A stretch of 64,000 nucleotides of DNA from Octopus sinensis (Eukaryota): NCBI RefSeq assembly GCF_006345805.1, contig NC_042998.1, positions 190,402,001 to 190,466,000 of the forward strand, given 5' to 3'. Below are positions 11,626 to 25,609 of this stretch, piece after piece; the stretch's first letter is position 1, and the number at the start of each line of letters is the position of its first letter. The notes under the pieces were generated by a model, which worked only from the letters and a program-made list of their open reading frames with translations, did no database searches and was not told the DNA's origin. Made by a program: the position numbers and the translations under genes.

Positions 11626-14600
11626 TATATATATATATTTTTTTTCAGCGAAATTTTTACTGACTTTTGGTAAGGAAGACATTGTCGAAGAAGACAGAAT
11701 ATCCGTAGAAGGGATAAATTCTTTTTTCTTTTTTTTAAAAGTCACGTCGTCTTTTGGCCATTGAACCAACATTTTGGTGTTCTCTTTGTTAGGTTCTTAT
11801 TCTGAATAGTTTGCCTTGTTATCAATTAATGCAATTGTGATTCTAATTCTGTTCACAAAGGAAAAAAGAATAAAAGAAAAAAGTTTTTGCGAACGGTAAC
11901 ACATTCTGATAAGCAACAAACAAGAAATATAAACATTCTAAGAAGACCTGTAAGTATTTTAATTATCAGATTTTTTTATTATTTGATAACATTAACCTCA
12001 TATATATGTTGTAGGGTCGAGTCGATCAAACTTGTATCACTTCTCTGATAATTTGTTGAAAGCGCCATTGCGAGAAATCAATATGTACGTTTGCTATAAA
12101 GCTTTATTCAGAGCCAACAGTTTACTTCACCTAATTCTTATTATTTTTAGTCCTTTTTTTCTTTAGATACACGATTTCGAGATGTATTCTTAGAAATAGT
12201 AATTTATGGTAACCTGGAGGTAAGCTCTCAAGAAAGAGATGACCTAGTTTCACGACCAACTAGAAACAAATCAGACCCACCGTCTTCAGCAAGGAAGGAC
12301 ACGTTACGTGTAGTGTAATTCGAGATATTCCTAGATGGATGAGATTGTCATGGCTTTGAGCAGAGGTCTGCTTATCAAGAACGATCTGAAGTTATACAAT
12401 TTTCATCACTAATGACCAGTTTTACTCTGACAAGCCATTAAGGGGTCTCTATGTAGTCACCCGATCTTCAAAAAATAGCAGCTGAATTTCTATTAAAAAA
12501 CACCTCAGCCACACCCTATCTAAACAAAATTGAAGAATGCATTGGATAATGAAGTTCTTGATATATTATCGAAAAAAAGACAGGATGGTCAAGGCTGGAA
12601 TTATCGGTTAAAAGAACAACTTTTCTAAACAATTTGCGTAGCATGACTACGATTTCAAGTTAAGCTTAGTCTCAGGGGAATATCCATCCGGTGGTGCAAT
12701 GGTGCCCTTGGTGCCAGAGCAACCCCACACATGCTGCGAAGCGATGCAACAAAGCTTCTACGAGAAAAGAACCTTGTTGTATACGATACTAATGTTAGAA
12801 CGGAAATCCTAGATAGAAGTTCCATCATATTCCTTGGTGAGCAACAAGATTGAACATATGTCCCCAGCACACAACACCTACTGTGGGGAGCAGCCTGACA
12901 ACTAATATGGACTGAGAATCAGTGATATGACCGGGAATATTTCCATGTCTGATCCCCTCTCCTTGATACCCACTGAGCTCCCGGTTATCGAAGAAGATTC
13001 AGAATTGTCCGTTGCCAATGCACTTTTGCAAGATCCACCAGATGACCGGGTGAAGGACTGGGGCCATAGCAAAACGTCGTCCTCTGAGGTGTACGTTAGT
13101 CGAGAATGAAGATGGCCTGGGATGTTTTATATTTTCTTTTGAATGTTGTAGCCAGTCATTTTCGCATTTTCACAACCCATGGATTTAGCTAGTTCCCTTG
13201 ATCACCGGCATAAGTAATTATATATATATAATACACACCTATTTAACATTCCAGAGCAGGGTTCACGAACCTTCCAAACTCTGTTTTTTTTAAAATATAT
13301 ATATACATGTGAACAATATCCTCGTTAGTTAGTTGAGCACTTAATGAGATCCAAATACAATAATTAACACGGTTGAATCATTTTTATGGCTTTCACAATC
13401 ATACGGTGATCAGAAAATATAGTTAGAAGTCTTCAAAATATTGATCACTTCTGGTTTACAGAGTAACTGAGAGGACAACATGATAAAATGTCTTATCGTG
13501 TAATATTTAGTTCTGTTTTGGAGCTTACCTACAATTGGTACCAATTTTTGTCAAGTACTATTGCAGTTGGCTGATGCAGTTTTTATCTTTCATACACAAT
13601 GTTTTTCACACCCCAGAAGAAAATTGAATCTACCTCCAGCCTGTATAACACCGCCGGAGGCTTGACAACAACAATAAAATTTATAGATGTTATGGCCAGG
13701 TAGATAAAAAGACCTAGTTTTTAGTGATGCGATTGTGCTTGGAAATAAAGATTTTTAAACGTTGGTAACTTGAAGAGAAAGGGATAGAGACCCTTTGAAA
13801 AAAATCAGTTTTTTAACTGGTACTTGCTTATTGCTTTATGACAGCATATCAAAGGTAGTGACAGCGTCGATCCAAAACATTCATCCACCTCTGCCTCCTT
13901 CACATTGTTTCGCATAGGAGCTGATGTGACTTAGAAGACCGATACGAGATGGACAGATCCTGTGACGCTGACAAAAGACGTACTTAACCACAATTAGTGT
14001 TGAACAGAGAATTTAAAGGGACATAACTCTATACTTAGAGGTGTCCTGTTTTTGCTAATTACTGATGTTTAATTTCATTATTTAATTAATTCCGTTTATT
14101 TTCTGAGTTCAAATACCATCAAGCTTTTCATCTTTCCAGAGTTGATAAGGTAAGTATAATGTAAGTAAGTATAATCGATTACCCAAGCTCCTCACAGATT
14201 TCGGGCATTATGATAATGTGAGAAATAACTATTTGTAATATCTAAATTTTTCATGATTATATGTTTTGGTGAAATGCGGTTTGCTTTTGAGCTATAAGAA
14301 ATACTACATGTGCTTTCTACCTAGAAGTATTTCAGAAGTGTTTAGCTAAAAGTTAACCATTGTACTCAGTATTTGTTTACCCGGAGAAAACCTCAGACAG
14401 TGTCATTTGCTCCGTGATGTGGTCACTGAGGAAATTAGAGGCTAAAAAATGGCTTGTGAGAACTATACAAGTCATGTATTTCTAGCCATCTTTCCTATTA
14501 TATACCTCTCACTTTCTCCACTTGTTCTTGGACTCAACATCTCCCTTTCTCACATCCTTCTCCTGTCTACCATGTTATTATTCTGCTGTACTTCACCATT

Positions 14601-15030
14601 TCTGTACTGCCTATCATCACTTCCTCTTCCCTACTCACCTCTTCATATTTACCATCAATTACTCTTTCACTGTTCATCATTTATGTCCTGCTTTCTGTCT
14701 CCACTTTCCTCATACATTCTTGCAACATCTCCATCCATCTTTGCCAATCTTCTGTCCCAACTCTACTATTCATCTTTTTGTGTCTTGAGGGAACATTCTG
14801 ATCTCTCATCACCAACTTTCTCTCTTTTTCTATCTCCAACCTGATTCTCACCTGCTCTTATGTAATGTGAGGGAGTAATGTATCCCTTCTATGGTAAGGA
14901 ACCATGCCAGCATAAAAGAAGAATATCAAATGGCGATGCTGATGTGTAAGTGTTTGTGTATATATATATGTATGTGTAGATGTATGCATGTACATATGTA
15001 TATCTATGTATATATGTATGTACATATATA

Positions 15031-15465
15031 TTGCTAAATTGGCAATGGAATGTAGGTGGCTGACCGGATAGATTCTTAGAACTTTTAGAACGAGAGACCA
15101 GAAGACCATGATGGTCCTCTGGAGGACACTTGTCCTAAGCCACTTTGACTATTGCTCTCAGCTATGGTCACCAAGCAGATATCAAATTGCCTCAGAACTT
15201 GAGGCAATCCAACGAAGCTACACAAAGAAGATAGCCTCTATGCAGCATATAAGCTATTGGGAAAGACTCAAGAAATTGATTCTATTCCTTAGAGAAACAT
15301 ATGCCATAATATACATCTAGAAGATCCTGGAAGGACTTGTCCCAAACTTTGGCATCGAGAGTTACACAAATACTAGAACTTGGTGCCACTGCATAGTGCC
15401 AAGGACTCGAAATTTGCCATCAAGATATAGGAGAAGATAGTGTAATAGCCTGGGCTTCAGAGGTC
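15031..15465 (+). mobile_element. CR1 LINE fragment (ORF2 C-terminus), subfamily 1
   Basis: [22 protein letters not shown]...[26 protein letters not shown], nearly identical to 17417-17700 and 26727-27100. Confidence 0.9.
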
Positions 15466-15639
15466 ATCCTTCTAGCAGAAGGTAACTCAGGTAACTGGGA
15501 TAACTCCAACATAAAACCTGTGGCTCAGTGGTTACCGATGATGTTGACTTGTTCTTCTTTTCGGATTATAGCTGCTGTTGCTTAGTGAGTGAGATTGACT
15601 CAGTGCACAGCCTTTCCTCACTTTAAAAAAAAATCTTCT

Positions 15640-15699
15640 TGCTGTATATGTATGTATGTATATATATGTATATATATGTAATGTATATATATGTATGTA

Positions 15700-15754
<55 letters not shown>

Positions 15755-15843
15755 GTATGTATATTTATGTATGTATGTATTAATATATATGTATGTATAT
15801 ATTTATGTATGTATATTTATGTATGTATGTATTAATATATATG

Positions 15844-15889
<46 letters not shown>

Positions 15890-16246
15890 TGTATATATGT
15901 ATGTATGTATATATCTATGTATGTATATATATATGTATATATATATATGTATATATGTATATATATGTGTATATGTATATATATATATGTGTATATGTAT
16001 ATATATGTGTATATGTATATATATGTGTATATGTATATATATATATGTGTATATATATGTATGTATATATATATATGTGTATATGTATATATATATGTAT
16101 ATATGTATGTGTATATATATATGTATATATGTATATATCTATGTGTATATATATATGTATGTATGTATGTATATATGTATATATATATATGTATGTATGT
16201 ATATGTATATATGTATGTATGTATATATATATATGTATATATATAT
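15640..16246. repeat. Compound (TA)n/(TATG)n microsatellite
   Basis: About 600 bp of TA, TATG and TGTA units. Confidence 0.95.
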
Positions 16247-16334
16247 AAGTAAAATTATGTAGCAACACCAAATGGCGGTGCCCCAGCATGGCCACAGCTC
16301 GTGAGCTGAAACTAGATAGAATAAAAAAAAAAAA
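16247..16334 (+). mobile_element. Isolated CR1 3' tip
   Basis: GTAGCAACACCAAATGGCGGTGCCCCAGCATGGCCACAGCTCGTGAGCTGAAAC plus an A-rich tail, the same as the 3' ends at about 18000 and 27300. Confidence 0.85.
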
Positions 16335-16380
16335 TGAATATATGTATATATATATATATATGTATATATATGTATATATA

Positions 16381-18086
16381 TGTAATAAAGGCTATAGATG
16401 AAATGAAAACAAACTCAGCTACTGGCCCCGATGGATTTCCAGCAATCCTTCTAAAAGTATGTAAGAGAGTCCTAGCAAGACCACTACAGTTCCTCTTTCA
16501 GAGCTTCTTTGCAACTGTCAAACTTCCAAGAAAATTGAAGGAAGGTAAAATATGCCCTATTCATAAAGGAGGTAGCAGAGCGGAGGCCAAGAACTACAGA
16601 CCTATCTCTCTGACCTCACACATCAGCAAGGTTTGGAATGAATAGTCAGAAGGAAACTAATCTCCTTCCTTGAAGAAAATGACTTGCTGCCTGACATGCA
16701 ACATGGTTTCCGACCAGGAAGAAGCTGCCTAACTCAGCTCCTACAACACTATGACTGGGTGCTGAAACGACTGTTCAACCACTCAAATGTGGAAGTGATA
16801 TATCTCGATTTTGCAAAGGCCTTTGATAAAGTCGATCATGGAATGATATGTCACAAACTGCGTGATCTTGGCATAGTTGCAAAATTGGGAGAATGGCTTC
16901 ATGACTTTCTGAAGGATAGAAGTCAGGTGGTAGTAGCCAATGGGACCACTTCCATTAACACGCAAATAGTGAGTGGTGTTTCGCAAGGCACTGTTTTGGG
17001 ACGACTACTGTTCATAATGGCCCTCTCAGACATGCCCTCAGCCACACAGAGAGCCACGATCACAGGTTATGCAAATGATACAAAAGTTTCACAGGCAATA
17101 CAGAACCCCGAAGACACTATGCACCTGCAATGTGAGCTGGACAAAATATACAAGTGGGCTGAAAAGAATAGCATGCAGTTCAATGCTGAAAAGTTTCAAG
17201 CTTTATGCTATCAGCATGCAAAACTAAATGCAATACCCAATAAATACATTGGACCTGGAGGGATTGCAATCCCAGAGGCACAATCAGTGCGAGACCTGGG
17301 TATTTACATGAGTGATGATGCAACTTTCATGTGCATGTTGCTAAATTAGCAATGAAATGTAGGCGGCTGACCAGATGGATCCTTAGAACCTTTAGAACAA
17401 GAGACCAGGAAACCATGATGGTCCTCTGGAGGACACTTGTCCTCAGCCACTTTGACTATTGCTCTCAGCTATGGTCACCATCCAGTGTCAAGTTAATCAC
17501 AGAACTTGAGGCGATCCAACAAAGCTACACAAAGAAGATAGCCTCTGTGCAGCATATAAGCTACTGGGAAAGACTCAAGAGATTAAGATTCTATTCCTTA
17601 GAGCGTAGGCAAGAAAGATATGCCATAATATACATCTGGAAGATCCTAGAAGGACTTGTCCCAAACTTTGGCATTGAGAGTTACACAAATGCTAGAACTG
17701 GGCGCCACTGCATAGTGCCAAGGACTCCAAATTTGCCATCAAGATGTAGGACAAGATACTGTGATAGCCTGGGCTTCAGAGGCCCACAGCTCTTCAATAT
17801 CCTCCTGAAGGACCTGAGAGACCTGCATGGGGTGGATGCGGATGTCTTTAAAATAAAGCTGGACCTCTTTCTGTCAGTTGTCCCAGATGAACCAACTTCA
17901 CGGCAGGAGGTGCAGATGAGGGCAGCTGCATTGAACTCTCTCATACACCAAATGGCAATTGCTAAAAAGCATTCGTGAAATAAAATCATGTAGCAACACC
18001 AAATGGCGGTGACCCAGCATGGCCGCTGCTCGTGAGCTGAAACTAGATAAAATAAAATAAAATAAAAAAATAAAATAAAATAAAAA
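16381..18086 (+). mobile_element. 5'-truncated CR1 LINE (RT to 3' end), subfamily 1, frameshifted
   Basis: GPDGFP...[33 protein letters not shown], degenerate YADD (YAND), YWERLKRLRFYSLERR; (TAAAA)n tail; frameshifts near 16640 and 17335. Confidence 0.95.
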
Positions 18087-18314
18087 TATGTATATATATG
18101 TATATATATATATATGTATATGTACATATATGTATATGTATGTATATGTATATATATATATATATGTATATGTATATATATGTATATGTATGTATATGTA
18201 TATATATGTATATGTATGTATATGTATATATATATGTATATATATGTATATGTATATATATGTATATGTATATATGTATATGTATATATATGTATATGTA
18301 TATATATATATATG

Positions 18315-18359
<45 letters not shown>

Positions 18360-18677
18360 GTATATATATATATATGTTATATATATATATATAGTATATG
18401 TATATATATATGTATATCTATATATGGATGTATATATGTGTATGTATGTATATATATGTATATATAAATATATGGATGTATATATATATATATGTTTATA
18501 TATGGATGTATATATGTGTATGTATGTATATGTATATATATATATGTATATATGTATGTATATATGTATATATATGTATATACATATGTATTTATATGTA
18601 AATGTATATGTATATATGTATGTATATATATATATATATAATATATAATATATATATATATATATATACATATGTAA

Positions 18678-18713
<36 letters not shown>

Positions 18714-18717
18714 GTAA

Positions 18718-18755
<38 letters not shown>

Positions 18756-18923
18756 GTAAATATATATATATGTATATACATATGTAAGTATATATATATA
18801 ATATATATGTATATACGTATGTATATATACATATGTAAGTATATATATATAATATATATGTATATACGTATGTATATATACATATGTAAGTATATATATA
18901 TAATATATATGTATATACGTATG

Positions 18924-18955
<32 letters not shown>

Positions 18956-18960
18956 CATAG
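18087..18960. repeat. Compound (TA)n/(TATG)n microsatellite
   Basis: About 870 bp of low-complexity sequence; source of the spurious I/Y/M ORFs. Confidence 0.95.
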
Positions 18961-21900
18961 ATTGCCGAAGGTGACTCCCATAACAATATCATTGCAGTGG
19001 CGCTTAAGAGCAATGATTTCTCCCCGACCACTGCCCAGATAGAGCAAAAGAAATGTGAATTCCTCCATTCATATGCTCTAATCAGGCAACACATGGACAC
19101 ACTGGACATCATCCTGGGAAGTGACGGCACCAGGGATGACCAAAAGGATGGAGAAAGCATCCAGGACCCAACAAAAGACATAACTGAGAGACCTGCAACC
19201 AAAGGAAACAATGGCACATGTCCAGCTCCCAACACAACTGTAGACCTAAGGAGTATGATGGCCGCAAAAAGAAGGAAAGCACCCTAAAATTGACAGAAAA
19301 CAAGAGGTAAAAGACAAGAAAACTAAAACAAACACTGTTCAGAAAAAAACAGAAGAACCCCAGCAAGAACTACAAGGGCAAAAGCAGAAACATCTGCAAA
19401 TTCTACCTGAAGTGAGACTGCTGGCATGGTGTCGAAGGTGCAAACTGTCGTTTTGCACATCAGAAGCCCTGCCAAAACCGCATGAACACAAGACAAAAAT
19501 CCCTCCCTCGGGGAGAACAAAAAGATAAAGAAAAATATAAAAGAAGGAAAAATGGTGCACTGACCACTCCTGAAAGACAATATGCGGATGTACTGCGCGG
19601 TAGCCCACCAACTAGCCAGTTTCACCCAGATGTGAGAAGAGCAGCAGCTGAACAGCAATCTTTTTTGTGCATGGCACAAAAAATTGTCCAGCAGCTGACC
19701 TGGCTACAAACACAAAGCTGGAACTACCACCACATAAGGCCACCACCAACAGATGCAGGATGGCCACCACAAACACCAACACACACGCCACAAAAATATT
19801 TCTTCTGAACATAGGAGGGCTGCTGCGTGGCAACTGTAAAAAGAAAATCTCATTCCTGAGAGTCCTTGCGGCATGCAATCAAGCTATATGCATGACACTC
19901 ATAGAAACGCATCTTGGACCTGATATAGGGGATGCAGAAATAAACATACTGCAATATGTTGTCATATGCACAGATAGAAAAGGGAGGAGTCATGCTAGAG
20001 TTGCAGTCTACATCCAAGATGACCTCACGCCCCAGGTCCTGTTGTCATATTCAAACTCAGTGTGTGACACTCAAATTGTACACATAAGACAACTAAATAT
20101 CATCATATGTACTACATATAGTCCACCGGATGCCCCAAATCACACAGGCATGTTTGAAGACTGCCTAACAAAAATAGGAGAAGTTCTCACCAAACTGGAA
20201 CAACACAACAGTGTATTCTTCACAAGGGACTTTAACTTCCCCAATGTGGAATGGCCTGGGGAGCAGATGCACCCAGGGATGACACACCATCAGCAAGCAC
20301 AGGCAGAGTCCCTGATCCATCTCACAAATGCCTCTTTCATGGAGCAAATAGTGCTGTAACCAACCAGGGCAAATCTAGATCTCTGCTTCACAAACAATAT
20401 GGATATTATCCATAATGTTAAAGTGATGCTGACAATAATCTCGGATCACAACATAATAGAGCTGTCTATGTATAGACCAAAATCCCCCGCAGACACACAG
20501 CCTATACGAAGCATCCACAATCTCTCCAAATTAAACTTTCATAAAGCAAATTGGAAGTTGATTGAGAAAGAGATCCTCAAACAGGATTAGCCTAAATGTC
20601 TCTCCACACCAGACATTGATATGAAACACAAACATTTCATGTCCATAATACAAGCCATATGTGACAAATATGTCCCAGTGTGCAGGGCCAGCACACACAA
20701 AAACATGATCCCTAGAGAAAGGAAGTTTCTTATGAGACGATGGACAAGGATTGTGAACTGCCTGAGCAAGCACACCAAAAGTGGTGAGAAGTCTGTATCA
20801 GTCTCATGAAAAGGAGAGAGCAGATAAAGAAGCTTGGGTAATAGAAAATATCAAGTCAAACCCTAAAGCTTTCTCTAAGTTTGCCAAAGAGACAGCCACA
20901 GTGTGCCAGAGAATAGGACCTCTCTTCCAAAAAGATGGCTCCCTCACAGGAAATCCCATGAGGATAAGTGAAATACTGAATGAACAGTTCCAAAGTGTGT
21001 TCACTACACCTCTAGGACACAGGCAAGTAAACAAACCAGAAGAATTCTTTGCCACTTTATCTGTGGCCAAAGAGGCAAAAATTGAGTACATCAACATTGA
21101 AGATGATGATATCACACTGGCCATAGATGAGATTGACACAAACTCATCTGCTGGACCTGATGGATTTCCAGCGATCCTTCACAAATCATGCAAACGAGCC
21201 CTTGCAAAACCGCTACATCTTCTTTTTCAGAGCTTTCTTGCAAGTGGTAAGCTCCCAGTCAAATTGAAAGAGGGGGTAATATGCCCTATCCATAAGGGAG
21301 GAAGCAGAGCAGATGCTAAAAATTATAGGCCTATCTCTCAGACGTCACACATCAGCAAAGTCATGGAACAAATAGTCCACAAGAAACTAATCATGTTCCT
21401 TGAAGAAAATGACTTGCTGACTGACACCCAGCATGGATTTCAACCATGTAGGAGCTGCCTAACACGGCTCCTGCAACACTATGACCTGGTGTTAAAACAG
21501 CTACTATATGGCTCAAATGTAGATGTGATATATCTCGACTTTGCAAAAGCCTTTGATAAAGTCGACCATGGTATGATCTGTCACAAACTACATGGTCTCG
21601 GCATAGGCGGAAAACTTGGAGAGTGGCTGAACAACTTCCTAAAAGATAGAAGGCAGGCAGTTGTGGTCAATGGATAACCTCCAAGGAAACACAAATAACA
21701 AGCGGTGTTCCACGGGGCACTGTCTTGGGGCCACTGCTGGTCATAGTGGCCCTTTCAGACATGCCCTCAGTTGCTAAGATGGCCACACTTGCTAGCTATG
21801 CAGATGACACAAAAGTCTCCCACACAATACAAAACCCTGCAAATATTGCATATCTGCAACGGGAGTTGGATACAATATACAGGTGGGTTGAGGACAACAA

Positions 21901-22790
21901 CATGCAGTTTAATGCAGGTAAGTTCCAGGCCCTGTGCTACTGGCACACAAAGGTAAATGACATGCAGTCTGGATACACTGGCCCGGAAAGAGTTGTAATT
22001 CCTGAGTCAAAATCAGTGCATGACCTGGGCATTGACATGAGCAATGATGCCTCTTTCCAAGTGCATATTACTAATTTGGTGATAAAACGCAGATGGCTAA
22101 CTGGATGGATTCTCTGAACTTTCAGAATAAGAGAGAAGGAGACACTGATGGACCTTTGGAAGACATACATCCTCAGCTACTTGGACTACTGCTCCCAACT
22201 TTGCTCACCACACAATATAAAGCTAACAGCAGAACTCGAAGCAATTCAACGAAGTTACACTAAGAAGATCGTCTCAATGCAACATATCAGCTTCTGGGAA
22301 AGACTAAAAGTATTAAAACTCTTCTCCCTGGAGCGAAGGCGGGGGAGATATGTCGTGATATACATCTGGAAAAGCCTGGAGGGTCTTGTCCCAAACTTTG
22401 GAATTCAAAGTTACCCCAACTGCAGAATGGGGTGCCATTGCATGGTGCCAAAGATTGCAACATCACTATCAAAATACAGGACCAGATACTGCAACAGTTT
22501 GGGTTTCAGAGGACCAAAGCGCTTCAATATCCTTCCTAAATGCCTGAGAGACCTGCATGATGTGGATGTGGGTTTCTTTAAAACTAAACTGGATCTCTTC
22601 TTGTCAGGGGTGCCAGATGAACCTATCTCTCCGCAGGAAACACAAATGTGCGCAGCGGCGTCAAACTCCCTTGTTGATCAAGTGCTATGTTTCAGAGGTG
22701 GTTTCACATACTAGTGTCGCTCATCCAATGGAGGTGCCCCTACATGGCTGCACCCCTGGGGCTGAAACATTTTTAAGGATTTAAGGATTT
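18961..22790 (+). mobile_element. Long CR1 LINE, subfamily 2: partial ORF1 plus APE endonuclease and RT, inactivated
   Basis: ORF1 remnant with a Cys/His finger (19395-19460); endonuclease motifs LLNIGGL, LIETHL, DFNFP and SDHNII; RT motifs [28 protein letters not shown] and YADD; several stops and frameshifts; tail TTTAAGGA repeats. Confidence 0.95.
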
Positions 22791-22825
22791 TATATACATA
22801 CATGTATGTATATAATATATATATA

Positions 22826-22872
<47 letters not shown>

Positions 22873-22875
<3 letters not shown>

Positions 22876-23919
22876 GCTGAGGAATGAAGCCAGTATGCTC
22901 CGATGGATGTGTAATGTCAGTGTACATACTCGACAGAGCGTTAACACCTTGAGAGAAATGTTGTACCTAAGAAGCATCAGTTGGGGTGTGCAAGAGTGAC
23001 GATTGCGCTGGTATGGTCATGTGGCGAGAATGGATGAAGATAGGTGTGTGAGAAAGTGCCACTCCCTAGCAGTTGAGGGAACCCGTGGAAGAGGTAGACC
23101 CAGGAAAACCTGGGACGAGGTGGTGAAGCACGACCTTCGAACTTTAGGCTTCACTGAGGAAATGACCAGCAACCGAGACCTTTGGAAATATTCTGTATGT
23201 GAGAAGACCAGGCAGGACAAGTGAGCCCAGCCCACTTATGAATGCCTTTCCTCCCTTGGACACAAAGACCTGTTGAGGCAAGCGAAGTCGATATAGAACC
23301 TCATCCGACGACAGGCACCCATGCCAACCCCCTTTGCTTGCGAAGACATGTTGGGGCAAGCGAAATCGAAACCGAATTGAACCAGCCAGGATCCCTGGTC
23401 TGGTGGTACGTAAAAAGCACTATCCGACTCGTGGCCGATGCCAGCGCCGCCTCCACTGGCTTCCGTGCCGGTGGCACGTAAAATACTCCAATCCGACCGT
23501 ACGACAGGCACCCATGCCAATCCCCTTTGCTTGTGAAGACATGTTGGGGCAAGCGAAATCGAAATCGAATTGAACCAGCCAGGATCCCTGGTCTGGTGGT
23601 ACGTAAAAAGCTCTATCCGACTTGTGGCCGATGCCAGCACCGCCTCGACTGGCTTCCATGCCGGTGGCACATAAAATACACCAATCCGACCGTGGCCGTT
23701 GCCAGCCTCGCCTGGCACCTGTGCAGGTGGCATGTAAAAAGCACCCACTACACTCACGGAGTGGTTGGCGTTAGGAAGGGCATCCAGCTGTAGAAACATT
23801 GCCAGATAAGACTGGAGCCTGGTGCAGCCTTCTGGCTTCCCAGATCCCCGGTTGAACCGTCCAACCCATGCTAGCATGGAGAACGGACGTTAAATAATGA
23901 TGATGATGATGATGATGAT
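22873..23919 (+). mobile_element. RTE LINE 3' fragment (ORF C-terminus, 3' UTR, (GAT)n tail)
   Basis: MLRWMCNVS...RWYGHVARM...GTRGRGRPRKTWDEVV...RDLWK; 3' UTR with an internal duplication; ends CCATGCTAGCATGG...TTAAAT(GAT)n. Confidence 0.95.
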
Positions 23920-23954
23920 ATATATATATATACATGTGTATATATATGTATATA

Positions 23955-24008
<54 letters not shown>

Positions 24009-24164
24009 TGTGGCTGTTGCCAGCCTCAGCTGGCCCCCGTCCAGCCTTCTGGCCTCCCAGACCCCAGTTTAACCGTCTAACCCATGCTAGCAGGGAAAGC
24101 GGATGCTAAATGATGATGATGATGTATATATATGCATGTATATATATATGTATATATATGCATG

Positions 24165-24205
<41 letters not shown>

Positions 24206-25516
24206 TGTGGCTGTTGCCAGCCTCAGCTGGCCCCCGTCCAGCCTTCTGGCCTCCCAGACCCCAGTTTAACCGTCTAACCCATGCTAGCAGGGAAAGCGGA
24301 TGCTAAATGATGATGATGATGTATATATATGCATGTATATATATATGTATATATATGTATATATGCATGTATATATATATATGTATATATATGCATTATA
24401 TATATGTATATATGCATGTATATATATATATGTATATATATGTATATATATGTATATATATATGTATATATATGCATGTATATATATATGTATATATATG
24501 CATGTATATATATATATTATATATATATATATAATATATATATATATTATATATATGCATGTATATATATATTATATATATGCATGTATATATATATACA
24601 TGCATATATATACATATATATATACATGCATATATATACATATATATATATATACATGCATATATATACATATATATATATACATGCATATATATATACA
24701 TATATATATATATACATGCATATATATACATATATATATACATGCATATATATACATATATATATACATGCATATATATACATATATATATACATGCATA
24801 TATATATATACATATATATATATACATATATATATATACATGCATATATATACATATATATATATAATATATATATATACATGCATATATATACATATAT
24901 ATAATGCATATATATACATATATATACATGCATATATATACATCATCATTATCATTTAGCATCCGCTTTCCCTGCTAGCATGCATATATATATATGCATG
25001 TATATATATATATATATATGTAATATATATATGTATATATATGCATGTATATATATATGTATATATAGCATGTATATATATATATGTATATATATGCATG
25101 TATATATATACATGCATATATATACATATATATATACATGCATATATATACATATATATATATATACATGCATATATATACATATATATATATACATGCA
25201 TATATATACATATATATATATATATACATGCATATATAACATATATATATACATGCATATATATACATATATATATACATGCTATATATACATATATATA
25301 TATATATACATGCATATATATACATATATATTACATGCATATATATATATACATGCATATATATACATATATATATATACATATATATATATACATGCAT
25401 ATATATACATATATATAATGCATATATATACATATATATATACATGCATATATATACATCATCATTATCATTTAGCATCCGCTTTCCCTGCTAGCATGCA
25501 TATATATATATGCATG

Positions 25517-25547
<31 letters not shown>

Positions 25548-25609
25548 GTATATATATATATGCATGTATATATATATATATGTATATATATATATGCATG
25601 TATATATAT
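23920..25609. repeat. (TA)n/(TATATGCATG) minisatellite with duplicated and inverted RTE tail fragments
   Basis: Direct copies at 24011-24124 and 24208-24321; inverted partial copies at 24941-24982 and 25457-25498. Confidence 0.9.

Noticed and set aside
15639-25494. Many Ile/Tyr/Met/His-rich ORFs
   Set aside because: These are translations of (TA)n-type repeats, which can lack stops in several frames.
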